A program made the position numbers and the translations under genes. Below are positions 10,185 to 19,313 of a stretch of 64,000 nucleotides of DNA, one piece after another. The number at the start of each line of letters is the position of its first letter. The first letter of the stretch is position 1. The DNA is from Polyangia bacterium (GTDB lineage Bacteria; Myxococcota_A; Polyangia; JAAYKL01). A model generated the notes under the pieces. The model ran no database searches. It had not been told where the DNA came from and saw only the letters and a program-made list of their open reading frames with translations. Where the stretch lies: the NCBI GenBank assembly GCA_050287845.1, contig JBNKCR010000034.1:1-64000 (forward strand). Direction: 5' to 3'.

Positions 10185-11273
10185 ATGCACGTCACTCTGT
10201 TTCTGAATCACGCCTGCAATCTCGATTGCACCTATTGTTACAATGGAAAGAAGTTCCATCGTCCGCTTTCCATGTCGCACATCCGAAAGGCCATTGACCT
10301 TGCGTTCACCTGCGGTGATGTGCGCATCAGTTTTTTTGGCGGTGAGCCGCTGATGGAATTTGAACGAATCCGGGCAGCGGTGACGTATGCGCGACAGCGG
10401 GAAGCGGAACTCAACCGGAAGATGTTGCGATTTTCCATGACAGTGAACGGCACACTGCTCAACGACGACATTCTGCAATATTGCGTGGATGAAGATTTTT
10501 TCGTTGCGGTGAGTCTGGATGGCGGTGCAGTGGCCAGCAATCTCAATCGTCGATTTGTGGATGGCACCCCTGCGTACGATGCGATTGTCCGGGGCATCGA
10601 ACGGGTGAAGCACTACTATGGAAAGGTGGCAGTCTCCGCGGTCATTCATCCGAGCAATGTGCATTGGCTCGGCGAATCGGTTTCCCACATCATTGAACTG
10701 GGCGTGACGCGCTTCAGTTTTAATTTTGATTACGATGCCCCCTGGTCGGAAGCGGCGCTGCAGACCTACAGAACACAGATGAAACAGGTGACCGGTCACT
10801 ACATCGATGCCTATCGCGCGGGCAACCCTGTGGACTACACCTCATTCACCTCGAAAATCAGCGGACATGTACAGGGCGGATTGACGTCGAAGTGCCTGTT
10901 CGGAGAGGGTGAAGTCACTGTGGCGCCGTCCGGTCGTCTGTATCCCTGTGAACGTCTGGTGGGAGAGGACAATACCGCCGAGCTGTCCATCGGTGATATT
11001 GACCGGGGTATCGATTTGGAGAAGGTGCTGGCATTCAAGCGGTTGCGCTACACAATGGATGCGGACTGCACCGCCTGCCAGGTGGAATCCAGGTGCCATC
11101 ATTCCTGCGGGTGCATCAACTGGGCGACCACTGGCACCATCGGCAATGTTTCGAGTCTGGTTTGTGATGTGGAGCAGACCGTCATCGGTGCGGCCGATGC
11201 GGCTGCGCATGTTCTTTATAAAGAGAAGAATCCGGCGTTTCTGCAACGGTTTTATGGTTCCGTGCTGAAGTGA
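10185..11273 (+). CDS. Radical SAM/SPASM domain enzyme
   Basis: CNLDCTYC, FFGGEP, SLDG; SPASM C..GRLYPC...CTAC.....C...CGC...C. Confidence 0.92.
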   Translation: MHVTLFLNHACNLDCTYCYNGKKFHRPLSMSHIRKAIDLAFTCGDVRISFFGGEPLMEFERIRAAVTYARQREAELNRKMLRFSMTVNGTLLNDDILQYCVDEDFFVAVSLDGGAVASNLNRRFVDGTPAYDAIVRGIERVKHYYGKVAVSAVIHPSNVHWLGESVSHIIELGVTRFSFNFDYDAPWSEAALQTYRTQMKQVTGHYIDAYRAGNPVDYTSFTSKISGHVQGGLTSKCLFGEGEVTVAPSGRLYPCERLVGEDNTAELSIGDIDRGIDLEKVLAFKRLRYTMDADCTACQVESRCHHSCGCINWATTGTIGNVSSLVCDVEQTVIGAADAAAHVLYKEKNPAFLQRFYGSVLK

Positions 11274-11288
11274 CTGGCCGGTGTGGAT

Positions 11289-12332
11289 TCAGTAGATATA
11301 CCAGCGTCTGGGAGTGTAGATTTTCTGGAATGTGGTGGTCGCGAATGCGTCGGTCATCCCGGCAATGAAATCGCGAACATCGTCTTCGGGGCTGCCGTCC
11401 CGGAGCGCCGCCGGCCAGTACTCCCGATAGAACCGCGGCAAATCGCTCATGAAGAACGCCCATAGCCGTTCGACCAGCTTGGTGGCTTTTTTGAATTCGC
11501 AATGCACGGTTTCGTTGTAGTACACGCGTTCATACAGAAAGCGGCGAACGTCTTCGAGGGCGTCGGCCGCCTGGTTGCTCATGGTAATGCGCTGTTCCCT
11601 TTCGAGATTGGTGGAGTGAACCACATCCTTTACCAGAAACGTCAGCCGACCCGAATGGGTGTCCCCAAGAATAGTGTTGACGGTTTGAGGCAATTCGGAT
11701 TCGCTGATTATCTGGGCGCGGATGGCGTCATCCAGGTCGTGATTCACATAGGCAATGAGATCTGAAAGGCGGACCACCTGTCCCTCCATGGTGCTCGGGA
11801 GTTTTTCCTTTGGCACGTTCAGGAGCGGTCCGGCGCCTTTGGAGTGATTCAGTATTCCGTCCCGAACCGGTTCCGTCAGGTTGAGGCCCTTGCCGTCCCG
11901 CTCCAGATGGGCCACCACCCGCAGGGATTGCACTTCGTGACGGAATCCATCGGGATGAAGTTTTTGCAGAATCCCTTCGCCGGCGTGACCGAAGGCGGTG
12001 TGCCCGAGATCGTGGCCCAGGGCAATGGCCTCGGTGAGATCTTCATTCAGATTCATCGCTCTGCTCAGGGTTCGGGCAATCTGACTCACCTCCATGCAGT
12101 GGGTCAGACGGGTCCGGTAATGATCTCCCTCCGGCCAGAGAAATACCTGGGTTTTTCCCCGCAACCGTCGAAAGGCCTTGCTGTGAACGATGCGATGACA
12201 ATCCCGCTGAAACGCGGTGCGGACGTCACATTCCTGTTCCGCCACAATTCGTGTGTTGGCGTACTCTGCGGCTCTGGCGGCAAAGGGAGAGAGATGTGCC
12301 TCGCGTTCTTCCGCCTGTTTTCTCAGTAGCAT
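11289..12332 (-). CDS. dgt: dGTP triphosphohydrolase-like HD protein
   Basis: RTAFQRD, FRRLRGKTQVF, RTRLTH, HDLGH.AFGHAGE. Confidence 0.9.
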   Translation of the reverse strand: MLLRKQAEEREAHLSPFAARAAEYANTRIVAEQECDVRTAFQRDCHRIVHSKAFRRLRGKTQVFLWPEGDHYRTRLTHCMEVSQIARTLSRAMNLNEDLTEAIALGHDLGHTAFGHAGEGILQKLHPDGFRHEVQSLRVVAHLERDGKGLNLTEPVRDGILNHSKGAGPLLNVPKEKLPSTMEGQVVRLSDLIAYVNHDLDDAIRAQIISESELPQTVNTILGDTHSGRLTFLVKDVVHSTNLEREQRITMSNQAADALEDVRRFLYERVYYNETVHCEFKKATKLVERLWAFFMSDLPRFYREYWPAALRDGSPEDDVRDFIAGMTDAFATTTFQKIYTPRRWYIY

Positions 12333-13553
12333 CTATTTTCCTTCAAGAAAGTACACATCGCCGTTGTCGGCGCCCACAATGATTCGTTTACCGTATGCAA
12401 TGGCTGCCGTGGCATCGATTTGCTCCCCCAGATCCATGCGCCAGAGTATTTTTCCAAGTTCCGATTCGATGGCATAGAGATGATGATCCCATGATCCCAC
12501 ATACAATCGACCTTCGCTGTCCAGCATCGGTGTTGCCCGAATGGGACCGCCGGTCTGCAATGTCCACTGGATTTTTCCGGTCCGGGCATCCAGAGAAGTC
12601 ACCACACCATTTTCTGACCCGACGAACAGCGAGGTCTGGGCGGGGGACACCGCCACACCGCCGCGAACCGCGCCCCCGACGGATTGCTTCCATTTCAGAC
12701 CGCCTTTCGGAGTCAGCCGAATCACCATGCCGTCTCCGGTGCCAAAGACCACGCTGTCGTTGCTGAGCACAGCTGCCGTGCCATAGAGGGGGGCGCTGGC
12801 GCCGTATGCCCAGAGTCCATTCCCCTCAGGGTCAAACGCATACACCCGATCGTCGTGGCTTGTAATCACCACACTGCCGTCCGACCGGATGGAAGGGGCA
12901 CTGCTCGCATGACCGTTGAGCAGGGCTTTCCATTGTCGTTTGCCGCCGGAGCTCACCGCATGCAACCCGTCGCCGCCGACGTAGAGGACGCCCCCATCGC
13001 CGATGACCGGTGACGAATCCATGTCATGGGTGATGCGATATGTGAATCGCAGGATACCATCGGTGGTGAAGGCGCGAAGGGTGTCGTCGTCACATCCCAC
13101 ATATACCACACCACTCTGACTGACTGCGGCGGTGGAAAAGATGGGTTCGTCGCACACGAAACTCCAGCGCAGGGCGCCTTTGGCGTTAAGGGCGTTGAAG
13201 GTGCCGTCCACACTGCCGATGTAGCAGGTGCCGTCCGGTCCGATGACCGGGGAGGCGAAGACCCTGTCGCCGGTGTGGAAGACGGCTCTGATGGCGGGAA
13301 GCGTATCCGGTCCTGGAACGCTGGCCCGAAAATGATGAACCGGATTTCCGCCGAACATGGTGAATGGCACATTGGGGATTTCTGCAGCCGTGGTTCCCTC
13401 AGGGGATTGGGTTTGTGAAGCGTGACGCAATTCTTTTTGCTCGTCATCAGAACTTCGTTCTCCGGAAGGCGTCTGCTTTTTGGGGCCGCATCCCTCCAAT
13501 GGCAACATCAGAAAGACCAATATAATGTAAATAAATAAATAATAACGACCCAT
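12333..13553 (-). CDS. PQQ-like beta-propeller lipoprotein (BamB-like repeats)
   Basis: LEGC lipobox; repeated SSP.I..DG.LYVGS.D..LYA....G..W; start uncertain (13553 or 13583). Confidence 0.8.
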   Translation of the reverse strand: MGRYYLFIYIILVFLMLPLEGCGPKKQTPSGERSSDDEQKELRHASQTQSPEGTTAAEIPNVPFTMFGGNPVHHFRASVPGPDTLPAIRAVFHTGDRVFASPVIGPDGTCYIGSVDGTFNALNAKGALRWSFVCDEPIFSTAAVSQSGVVYVGCDDDTLRAFTTDGILRFTYRITHDMDSSPVIGDGGVLYVGGDGLHAVSSGGKRQWKALLNGHASSAPSIRSDGSVVITSHDDRVYAFDPEGNGLWAYGASAPLYGTAAVLSNDSVVFGTGDGMVIRLTPKGGLKWKQSVGGAVRGGVAVSPAQTSLFVGSENGVVTSLDARTGKIQWTLQTGGPIRATPMLDSEGRLYVGSWDHHLYAIESELGKILWRMDLGEQIDATAAIAYGKRIIVGADNGDVYFLEGK

Positions 13554-13846
13554 CGCGGCGACCGTAGCATGCTTTGTCGTCAAAAAAAAAAAAGAGGCGA
13601 AAGATGGGATTGGTTCGATCTTTTATGGCGTTTTGCCCCAAATGGATGTAAATACCCCGCCACGGTCTGAGAGGTGACCGCCACTGCGGGTATACAGAAA
13701 CAGATGTTCAGTATTTTGAACACACGATGGGGGAAGTGTTCAAATTTGTTCTTTTTGTTTCTTGACACCAACGGCGCGGTGTGGTTTGGTTCATCGCTCG
13801 ATTTTGACACCACGGGTACGTGGTATTGCATATTTGGAGGTTCTCC

Positions 13847-13996
13847 GTGAAAAGAACATATCAACCCCACAGACGTAAACGTCGCAATAAGCATGGGTTC
13901 AGAGCTCGAATGGAAACTGTTGGCGGGCGCAGAGTATTGAACGAACGCCGCCGCAAAGGACGTCGCAGACTCTCCGTTTCTACTTATAAGAAGTAG
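13847..13996 (+). CDS. rpmH: 50S ribosomal protein L34 (not in the ORF track)
   Basis: GTG start after ggagg; [44 protein letters not shown]. Confidence 0.97.
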   Translation: MKRTYQPHRRKRRNKHGFRARMETVGGRRVLNERRRKGRRRLSVSTYKK

Positions 13997-13999
13997 TAG

Positions 14000-14401
14000 A
14001 TGACGGACCCAATGGTCCTCGAAGCCAAAAAACGGTACCCCAGGGAATACCGACTGAGAAAACGGTGGCAATATCTCGCAGTTCAAGGTGACGGGATAAA
14101 GGTTGTCAGCCGTTTTTTTATCGGATTGGTACTGCCCACTCCTGCACTGGACGCAACGCCGTCCCATGCAAGGCTGGGCATTACCACTACTGGACGTTAC
14201 GCAAACGCAGTGCTGCGGAATCGCACCCGACGTCTTGTGCGAGAAGCGTTTCGGCTTGGAATAATGAATATTCCAGACGGCATCGATCTCGTGGTCATTC
14301 CCAAAAAGCACGCGAAATACGAGCGTAGCCGCCTGATTTTTGAAGATTTGGCAACCCTTGGAATGAGAGTGAAAGGGGTTGCGGAGAAAACAAGGTGCTG
14401 A
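14000..14401 (+). CDS. rnpA: RNase P protein component
   Basis: RLGIT...NAVLRNRTRRLVREAFR; position after rpmH. Confidence 0.92.
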   Translation: MTDPMVLEAKKRYPREYRLRKRWQYLAVQGDGIKVVSRFFIGLVLPTPALDATPSHARLGITTTGRYANAVLRNRTRRLVREAFRLGIMNIPDGIDLVVIPKKHAKYERSRLIFEDLATLGMRVKGVAEKTRC

Positions 14402-14634
14402 GCAGAATCTTTATACTTGCGATTCGGTTTTATCAGCTGGCCATTTCTCCCTGGCTTGGTCCGAGTTGTCGGTTTACTCCCAGTTGTTCCGCTTATACCA
14501 TGACGTGCATCAGTCGCTTCGGCGCAATCAAGGGGAGCTTTCTCGGATTGAGGAGACTTCTGCGTTGCCACCCCCTTGGTGGATCCGGCTACGATCCGCC
14601 ACCGTCTCTCGATTCAAAAACAAAGGAAATATAA
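14395..14634 (+). CDS. yidD: Membrane protein insertion efficiency factor
   Basis: YQLAISP..CRFTPSCSAY..LRCHP..GYDP. Confidence 0.95.
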   Translation: MLSRIFILAIRFYQLAISPWLGPSCRFTPSCSAYTMTCISRFGAIKGSFLGLRRLLRCHPLGGSGYDPPPSLDSKTKEI

Positions 14635-16314
14635 ATGGACTGGAAAATCCTCGTTGGCGTTATCATCTTTTTATTCGCATTCATGATTTATCAGAAATGT
14701 TCAGATGACGGGCCCGCCGATTACGACAGGATTCAGGCGGAGAAGCAGGCTGCGCGACAGGCTGAATTCGCCCACAGGCAGGTTGCGGACCAGACAGCTA
14801 CCCGGGAAGACGCGGAAGCGAAAGCCCGTAAACAGCGTGGCAAGAGACAGGCAGAGAAGACCGCCATCATCGAAACAGATTTGTTTGCTGCGGAAATCAC
14901 CACCTACGGCGGGGCACTGAAGCGATATTCGCTGAAAATTGATCAGTACATGGAACGCCCGCGGGACTGGCATTCCGGTTTACGCAATGAAGCGCTGCCC
15001 CTGGAACACATAAATCTGGTCACTACCAACCCTTCCCCCAAATATTGGGCGGCGCTGCCGTTGCGGTTTCACATTTACGATGGACTGGAAGGATTGCTGC
15101 CCGACGCGGATTTCGAAATCGTGGAAAGCACGAAAACCATGGTGGTGCTGCGATACGAGCAACCGGGAATTCCGGTGGTGATTTACAAAAAATTCGAGGT
15201 GGCGAAAGCAGATCAACCTTACCAGTTGTGGCTGACCATTCGGGTGGTGAACCGGGGAAAAGAATCGGTGTCGTTCCGCCCCGGCATGATTCAGACGGGA
15301 TTCCAGCCGGCAGAAGAAGCGAAATCCGGCATGTTTGCGCCCCAGCCCAATCTGCTGGTGGGCACCTGCTATGCCAACGGTGAATTGTTTGCGGAACCAT
15401 GGGAAAAAATTGAAGAAACGTATATCAGTACCAATGTGAAATTTGCCGGGGTGGGTAGCAATTACTTTGTTTCTGCGATGATTCCGGGGGACGGGCGTCC
15501 CACCACCTGTCGGGTGTCTCAGGAGGCCAGTCGGGTAATTCGTGCGGACCTTCAGTGGGGCGAAATCGATGTGAAACCCGGCAAGGACGTGGTCCTCAAG
15601 GTGAAAAACTACATTGGTCCCAAAAAGGTACAGATACTGGAAACCGTTGGCGCCAATCTGGAAAAATCCGTGGACTACGGATGGTTTGCGCCCATCTGCC
15701 GGGTTCTTCTGTGGATGCTCTTCAAGTTTCAGGCCCTGGTAATCAACTGGGGTCTGGCCATCATTCTGCTGACCGTGGTGATCAAGCTGGCGCTGATTCC
15801 CCTGACCAATAAGAGCTTCAAGTCTTCGAACGCCATGAAGGCGCTGAAGCCCGAAATGGATAAGATCAACGAAAAATACAAGGATGATCCCCAGGAAAAG
15901 CAGAAAGCCATTATGGCCATGTACAAGCAGAAGGGCGTCAATCCCCTGGGCGGTTGCCTGCCGATGGTGTTGCAGATGCCTATCTGGTTTGCGCTTTTCC
16001 GAATGCTTCGAAGTTCGCCGGAGCTATATCGGGCACCATTTTTTGGCTGGATTACGGATTTGTCCAACGCCGATCCGTATTTCATCACACCCCTTGTGAT
16101 GGGGGGAACCATGTTCCTTCAGCAGCGAATGATGCCGATGCCCGGCGACAATGCCCAGGCAAAGATGATGTTGTATTTTATGCCGATAATGTTTACGGTA
16201 ATGATGGCATTTTTGCCTTCCGGTCTGACGCTGTATATTCTGGTTAATACTGTTCTCTCTATGCTGCATCAGTGGCTTCTGAAAAAGAAGAACGATGCGA
16301 AGGCTGCGGCCTGA
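14635..16314 (+). CDS. yidC: Membrane protein insertase YidC
   Basis: VDYGWF, NWGLAIILLT, NPLGGCLP, WITDLS..DP, PSGLTLY. Confidence 0.96.
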   Translation: MDWKILVGVIIFLFAFMIYQKCSDDGPADYDRIQAEKQAARQAEFAHRQVADQTATREDAEAKARKQRGKRQAEKTAIIETDLFAAEITTYGGALKRYSLKIDQYMERPRDWHSGLRNEALPLEHINLVTTNPSPKYWAALPLRFHIYDGLEGLLPDADFEIVESTKTMVVLRYEQPGIPVVIYKKFEVAKADQPYQLWLTIRVVNRGKESVSFRPGMIQTGFQPAEEAKSGMFAPQPNLLVGTCYANGELFAEPWEKIEETYISTNVKFAGVGSNYFVSAMIPGDGRPTTCRVSQEASRVIRADLQWGEIDVKPGKDVVLKVKNYIGPKKVQILETVGANLEKSVDYGWFAPICRVLLWMLFKFQALVINWGLAIILLTVVIKLALIPLTNKSFKSSNAMKALKPEMDKINEKYKDDPQEKQKAIMAMYKQKGVNPLGGCLPMVLQMPIWFALFRMLRSSPELYRAPFFGWITDLSNADPYFITPLVMGGTMFLQQRMMPMPGDNAQAKMMLYFMPIMFTVMMAFLPSGLTLYILVNTVLSMLHQWLLKKKNDAKAAA

Positions 16315-16358
16315 AAAGAGAGTGTGATACGCACTTGCTCATATGAAGGAGTTCCAAC

Positions 16359-16835
16359 TTGTCAACCGAAATCACCTACGCCAATTTTGATATTTGGCTT
16401 GAAGAGTTTTTAACCGGTTTACTCGATAAAACCGGTCTGGACGTCTGGATATCCGAAATGGATATTGATGAAAATACACGGACGTACACCATTCAGCTGG
16501 ATGGTGACGATAAAGCGCGGGCGATTGGACGGGAAGGACAGATGCTTAACGCGCTGCAGCATCTGTCCATTGCGGCGGCGGCCAACCGGGGGCTGCATGA
16601 TGTGCGGATTGTGATAGACGTGGATGGATATCGGAACCGCCGGGACAGCAAGTTGATTGAAGATGCCAAATTTCTTGCCCAGGAGGCGATATCCACCCGT
16701 TCTCCGGTAGAGATGGAGCCCATGTGCGCCAGGGACCGACGTTTGATTCATATGATTGTTTCAGATATTGATGGGGTGACCAGTGAAAGTTTCGGTCAGG
16801 GTCGGGACAGGTATGTGCGGTTAATCCCTGCCTGA
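16359..16835 (+). CDS. jag: Jag/KhpB-like KH + R3H RNA-binding protein (short form)
   Basis: IGREGQMLNALQ (KH); RDRRLIH, SESFGQGRDRYV (R3H); TTG start after aagga. Confidence 0.85.
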   Translation: MSTEITYANFDIWLEEFLTGLLDKTGLDVWISEMDIDENTRTYTIQLDGDDKARAIGREGQMLNALQHLSIAAAANRGLHDVRIVIDVDGYRNRRDSKLIEDAKFLAQEAISTRSPVEMEPMCARDRRLIHMIVSDIDGVTSESFGQGRDRYVRLIPA

Positions 16836-16847
16836 GGATTTTCAAGG

Positions 16848-17060
16848 ATGAATGAATTCTCCAGAGATGTCCTTTTTGGCGCCGCAGTTCTGAAGCTGAG
16901 TTTTACCTTGAAAGAGATGCTGGAAACGCCCGGATTCACTTTTGTGTACAAAGGGACACTGAGGGAACTGGGGGTGACCGATGCCCAGGTGGACCGCTTC
17001 ATCAGTAAACACAAGGACGCCCTGCTCGATCACATCGAGAAAAAATCACGGACAGAATGA
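16848..17060 (+). CDS. Hypothetical 70-aa protein
   Basis: Fills the jag-mnmE gap; aagg before ATG; ATGA overlap with mnmE. Confidence 0.65.
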   Translation: MNEFSRDVLFGAAVLKLSFTLKEMLETPGFTFVYKGTLRELGVTDAQVDRFISKHKDALLDHIEKKSRTE

Positions 17061-18418
17061 TGCCGACAGGGGACACCATTGCAGCCATTGCCACCGCCCC
17101 GGGGAACGCGGCCCTTGGTATTGTGCGCATCAGCGGAACGGATGCGGCAATGATTCTTTCAAGAGTGGTGCCTGGGGCCAGAGCAGCCAGATTTCCCGGA
17201 CAGTTGCGATTTGGTCTTGCCAGAGATGTGGTAACCGGGGATGTGATTGACGAAGTGCTGTGTTTCTTTTCGCCGGCACCCGGAACGGCAACCGGAGAGA
17301 ATGTGGCGGAAATTCATGGGCATGGCGGGGCCCTGGTGCTCAACCAGCTGCTCAGCGAAGTATTGAAGTCCGGAGCCAGATTGGCGCATCCCGGCGAATT
17401 CACGCGACGGGCATACACGAATGGCAAAATGGATTTGACCCAGGCCGAAGCGGTGATGTCTCTGATTGGCGCCCGCTCGGAAAGGGCCGCCCGAACTGCC
17501 GCCCGGCAGCTGGGGGGAGCCATTGGCGAGGCATTGGCCGCGGAGTACGATCAGGTGACCCGCATTTCGGCGATGCTGGAGGTATGTCTGGATTTTCCGG
17601 ACGAAGATTTACCCGCGGAGCAGACCTTTGAGTTTGTGAAAAAATTGGGGGATGTGGCAGAAAAACTGCAGCAGGCCGTGCAGTCGTATCGGGTTGGGCA
17701 ACTGCTCACCAAAGGGGCGAAAGTGGTGATAGCAGGGCCGTCCAATGCCGGGAAATCGAGCCTGTTCAATGCTCTGATTCACGAAGACAGAGCGCTGGTG
17801 GACAGCATACCGGGCACCACCCGGGATATTGTGGAAGCGTCGTTTGAAATGGATGGCATTCCGATTACCTTTCTCGATACGGCAGGTCTTCGGTTCGGCG
17901 CAAAAAAAGTGGAGCAGATGGGGATGGAAAAGTCCCGCAGGGCGCTTTTACAGGCGGACCTGATATTGCTGGTGGTGGATGGGCGCGTGCCGGAATCGGT
18001 GGATGACGAGATTCTGGAACTGCTGAATATGTACACCGAAAATCTTATTCCGGTATTGAACAAGTGCGATTGCAAAGATTTTAACGCGAATGGGTTTCCG
18101 GTTCTGTTTGAAAACGCAGTTGCCATCAGTGCAAAGCAGCAGGTGAACCTGGATGTGTTGCAGCAGCGAATGACGGCCCATTTGTCTGCAGGTGACTCCG
18201 CTGATTTGATTCTGACCACCGCTCGCCAGCTGACAGCCGTGGAGACCGCTCTGGACCACGTGGTGACTGCGAAGAATCTGCTGCGTGATGACGGCCCACC
18301 GGAACTGGCAGCCGCAGATATGCGATGGGCCAGAGAAGCCCTTGCTGCCCTGTGGGGCCGGGATGCCCACACGGATGTGATTGACACCATCTTTCTGTCC
18401 TTCTGTCTGGGCAAGTAG
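17057..18418 (+). CDS. mnmE: tRNA modification GTPase MnmE
   Basis: DTIAAIAT, GPSNAGKSS, GTTRD, DTAG, C-terminal FCLGK. Confidence 0.96.
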   Translation: MMPTGDTIAAIATAPGNAALGIVRISGTDAAMILSRVVPGARAARFPGQLRFGLARDVVTGDVIDEVLCFFSPAPGTATGENVAEIHGHGGALVLNQLLSEVLKSGARLAHPGEFTRRAYTNGKMDLTQAEAVMSLIGARSERAARTAARQLGGAIGEALAAEYDQVTRISAMLEVCLDFPDEDLPAEQTFEFVKKLGDVAEKLQQAVQSYRVGQLLTKGAKVVIAGPSNAGKSSLFNALIHEDRALVDSIPGTTRDIVEASFEMDGIPITFLDTAGLRFGAKKVEQMGMEKSRRALLQADLILLVVDGRVPESVDDEILELLNMYTENLIPVLNKCDCKDFNANGFPVLFENAVAISAKQQVNLDVLQQRMTAHLSAGDSADLILTTARQLTAVETALDHVVTAKNLLRDDGPPELAAADMRWAREALAALWGRDAHTDVIDTIFLSFCLGK

Positions 18419-18606
18419 GCCTTGACCGGTAATCCAATTGACAGAAACCGCTTCTTCGCGTAACGAGACGTGAAATGATAGTGGTTTCCTCGTCATTACC
18501 AGCAGACAGTTCCCTGCGTAAAAAAAATGAGAGATAAGGAGTGATACGTATGAACAGATGGCATCTCAGATTGGTCCGCCCTCGACGTCGAGCCGTCGCA
18601 GAATTT

Positions 18607-19218
18607 ATGCGCACATTGGTGTTCGCCGGGATAATGTTGTCTGGCGGCTACTCCGCGGCGCAGGAGTCCGGGAGTTTTGCGAAATCTGCCGCAAAGAATA
18701 CGTTGCAGGTGAGCTCGCCATTTGTGGATTATGTCAAGGCCAAAGGGGATATGGGGAGCTACGTTGCCAACCGCGATGATGATATTCTGACATTGTACAC
18801 GCCGGGCATCCATCTGGCATACACGCGTCGCGTGCGCCGGCATCTGGATATTGGGGCGGGGCTCGCCTATACGCTGCTCAGTGATAGTCTATATGCGCTC
18901 CACACCATCCGGCCCACCGTGCAGGTGAGTGCAGTGTTTCCGGCTTCCAACAACAAAACGACGTTCAGCATTGGCCTGGACGCGGGCGCATTGCTGGTTC
19001 CATACAAGAAAAAATGGAAGCGGGACGCAAAGGATGCGGCATTCGGGTACGGATGGACGGCAGGCGTCTTTCTTCGCTACAACTGGTTTGTTAACGACGA
19101 TTGGGGCGTGACCGTGGGCGTGATGAGTGAATTCGCCAGGGCGTATCAACGAAAAAGAGACAGTTTTGATGTTTTCAATTACGTGATGCTCGACCTTGGC
19201 GCCGTGTACCGATTTTAA
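18607..19218 (+). CDS. Probable outer-membrane beta-barrel protein
   Basis: Signal peptide, alternating beta-strand pattern, C-terminal LGAVYRF. Confidence 0.6.
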   Translation: MRTLVFAGIMLSGGYSAAQESGSFAKSAAKNTLQVSSPFVDYVKAKGDMGSYVANRDDDILTLYTPGIHLAYTRRVRRHLDIGAGLAYTLLSDSLYALHTIRPTVQVSAVFPASNNKTTFSIGLDAGALLVPYKKKWKRDAKDAAFGYGWTAGVFLRYNWFVNDDWGVTVGVMSEFARAYQRKRDSFDVFNYVMLDLGAVYRF

Positions 19219-19313
19219 TTCAGCGTTGACATCGGAAATTCCGGGCACTGAAGGAACCCGTGATAGCTGGCCATTGCGCTTGGATGTGCAGAATTCGTGA
19301 TTACCTTCAGGTC

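Noticed and set aside
11289..12332. dGTPase as an anti-phage gene
   Set aside because: Short housekeeping-type Dgt in a core-gene context; nothing supports a defence role
13584..13846. Possible oriC beside rpmH
   Set aside because: No dnaA here and no TTATCCACA-type boxes seen in the intergenic region
13580..14311. 243-aa minus-strand ORF
   Set aside because: Antisense shadow of rpmH and rnpA
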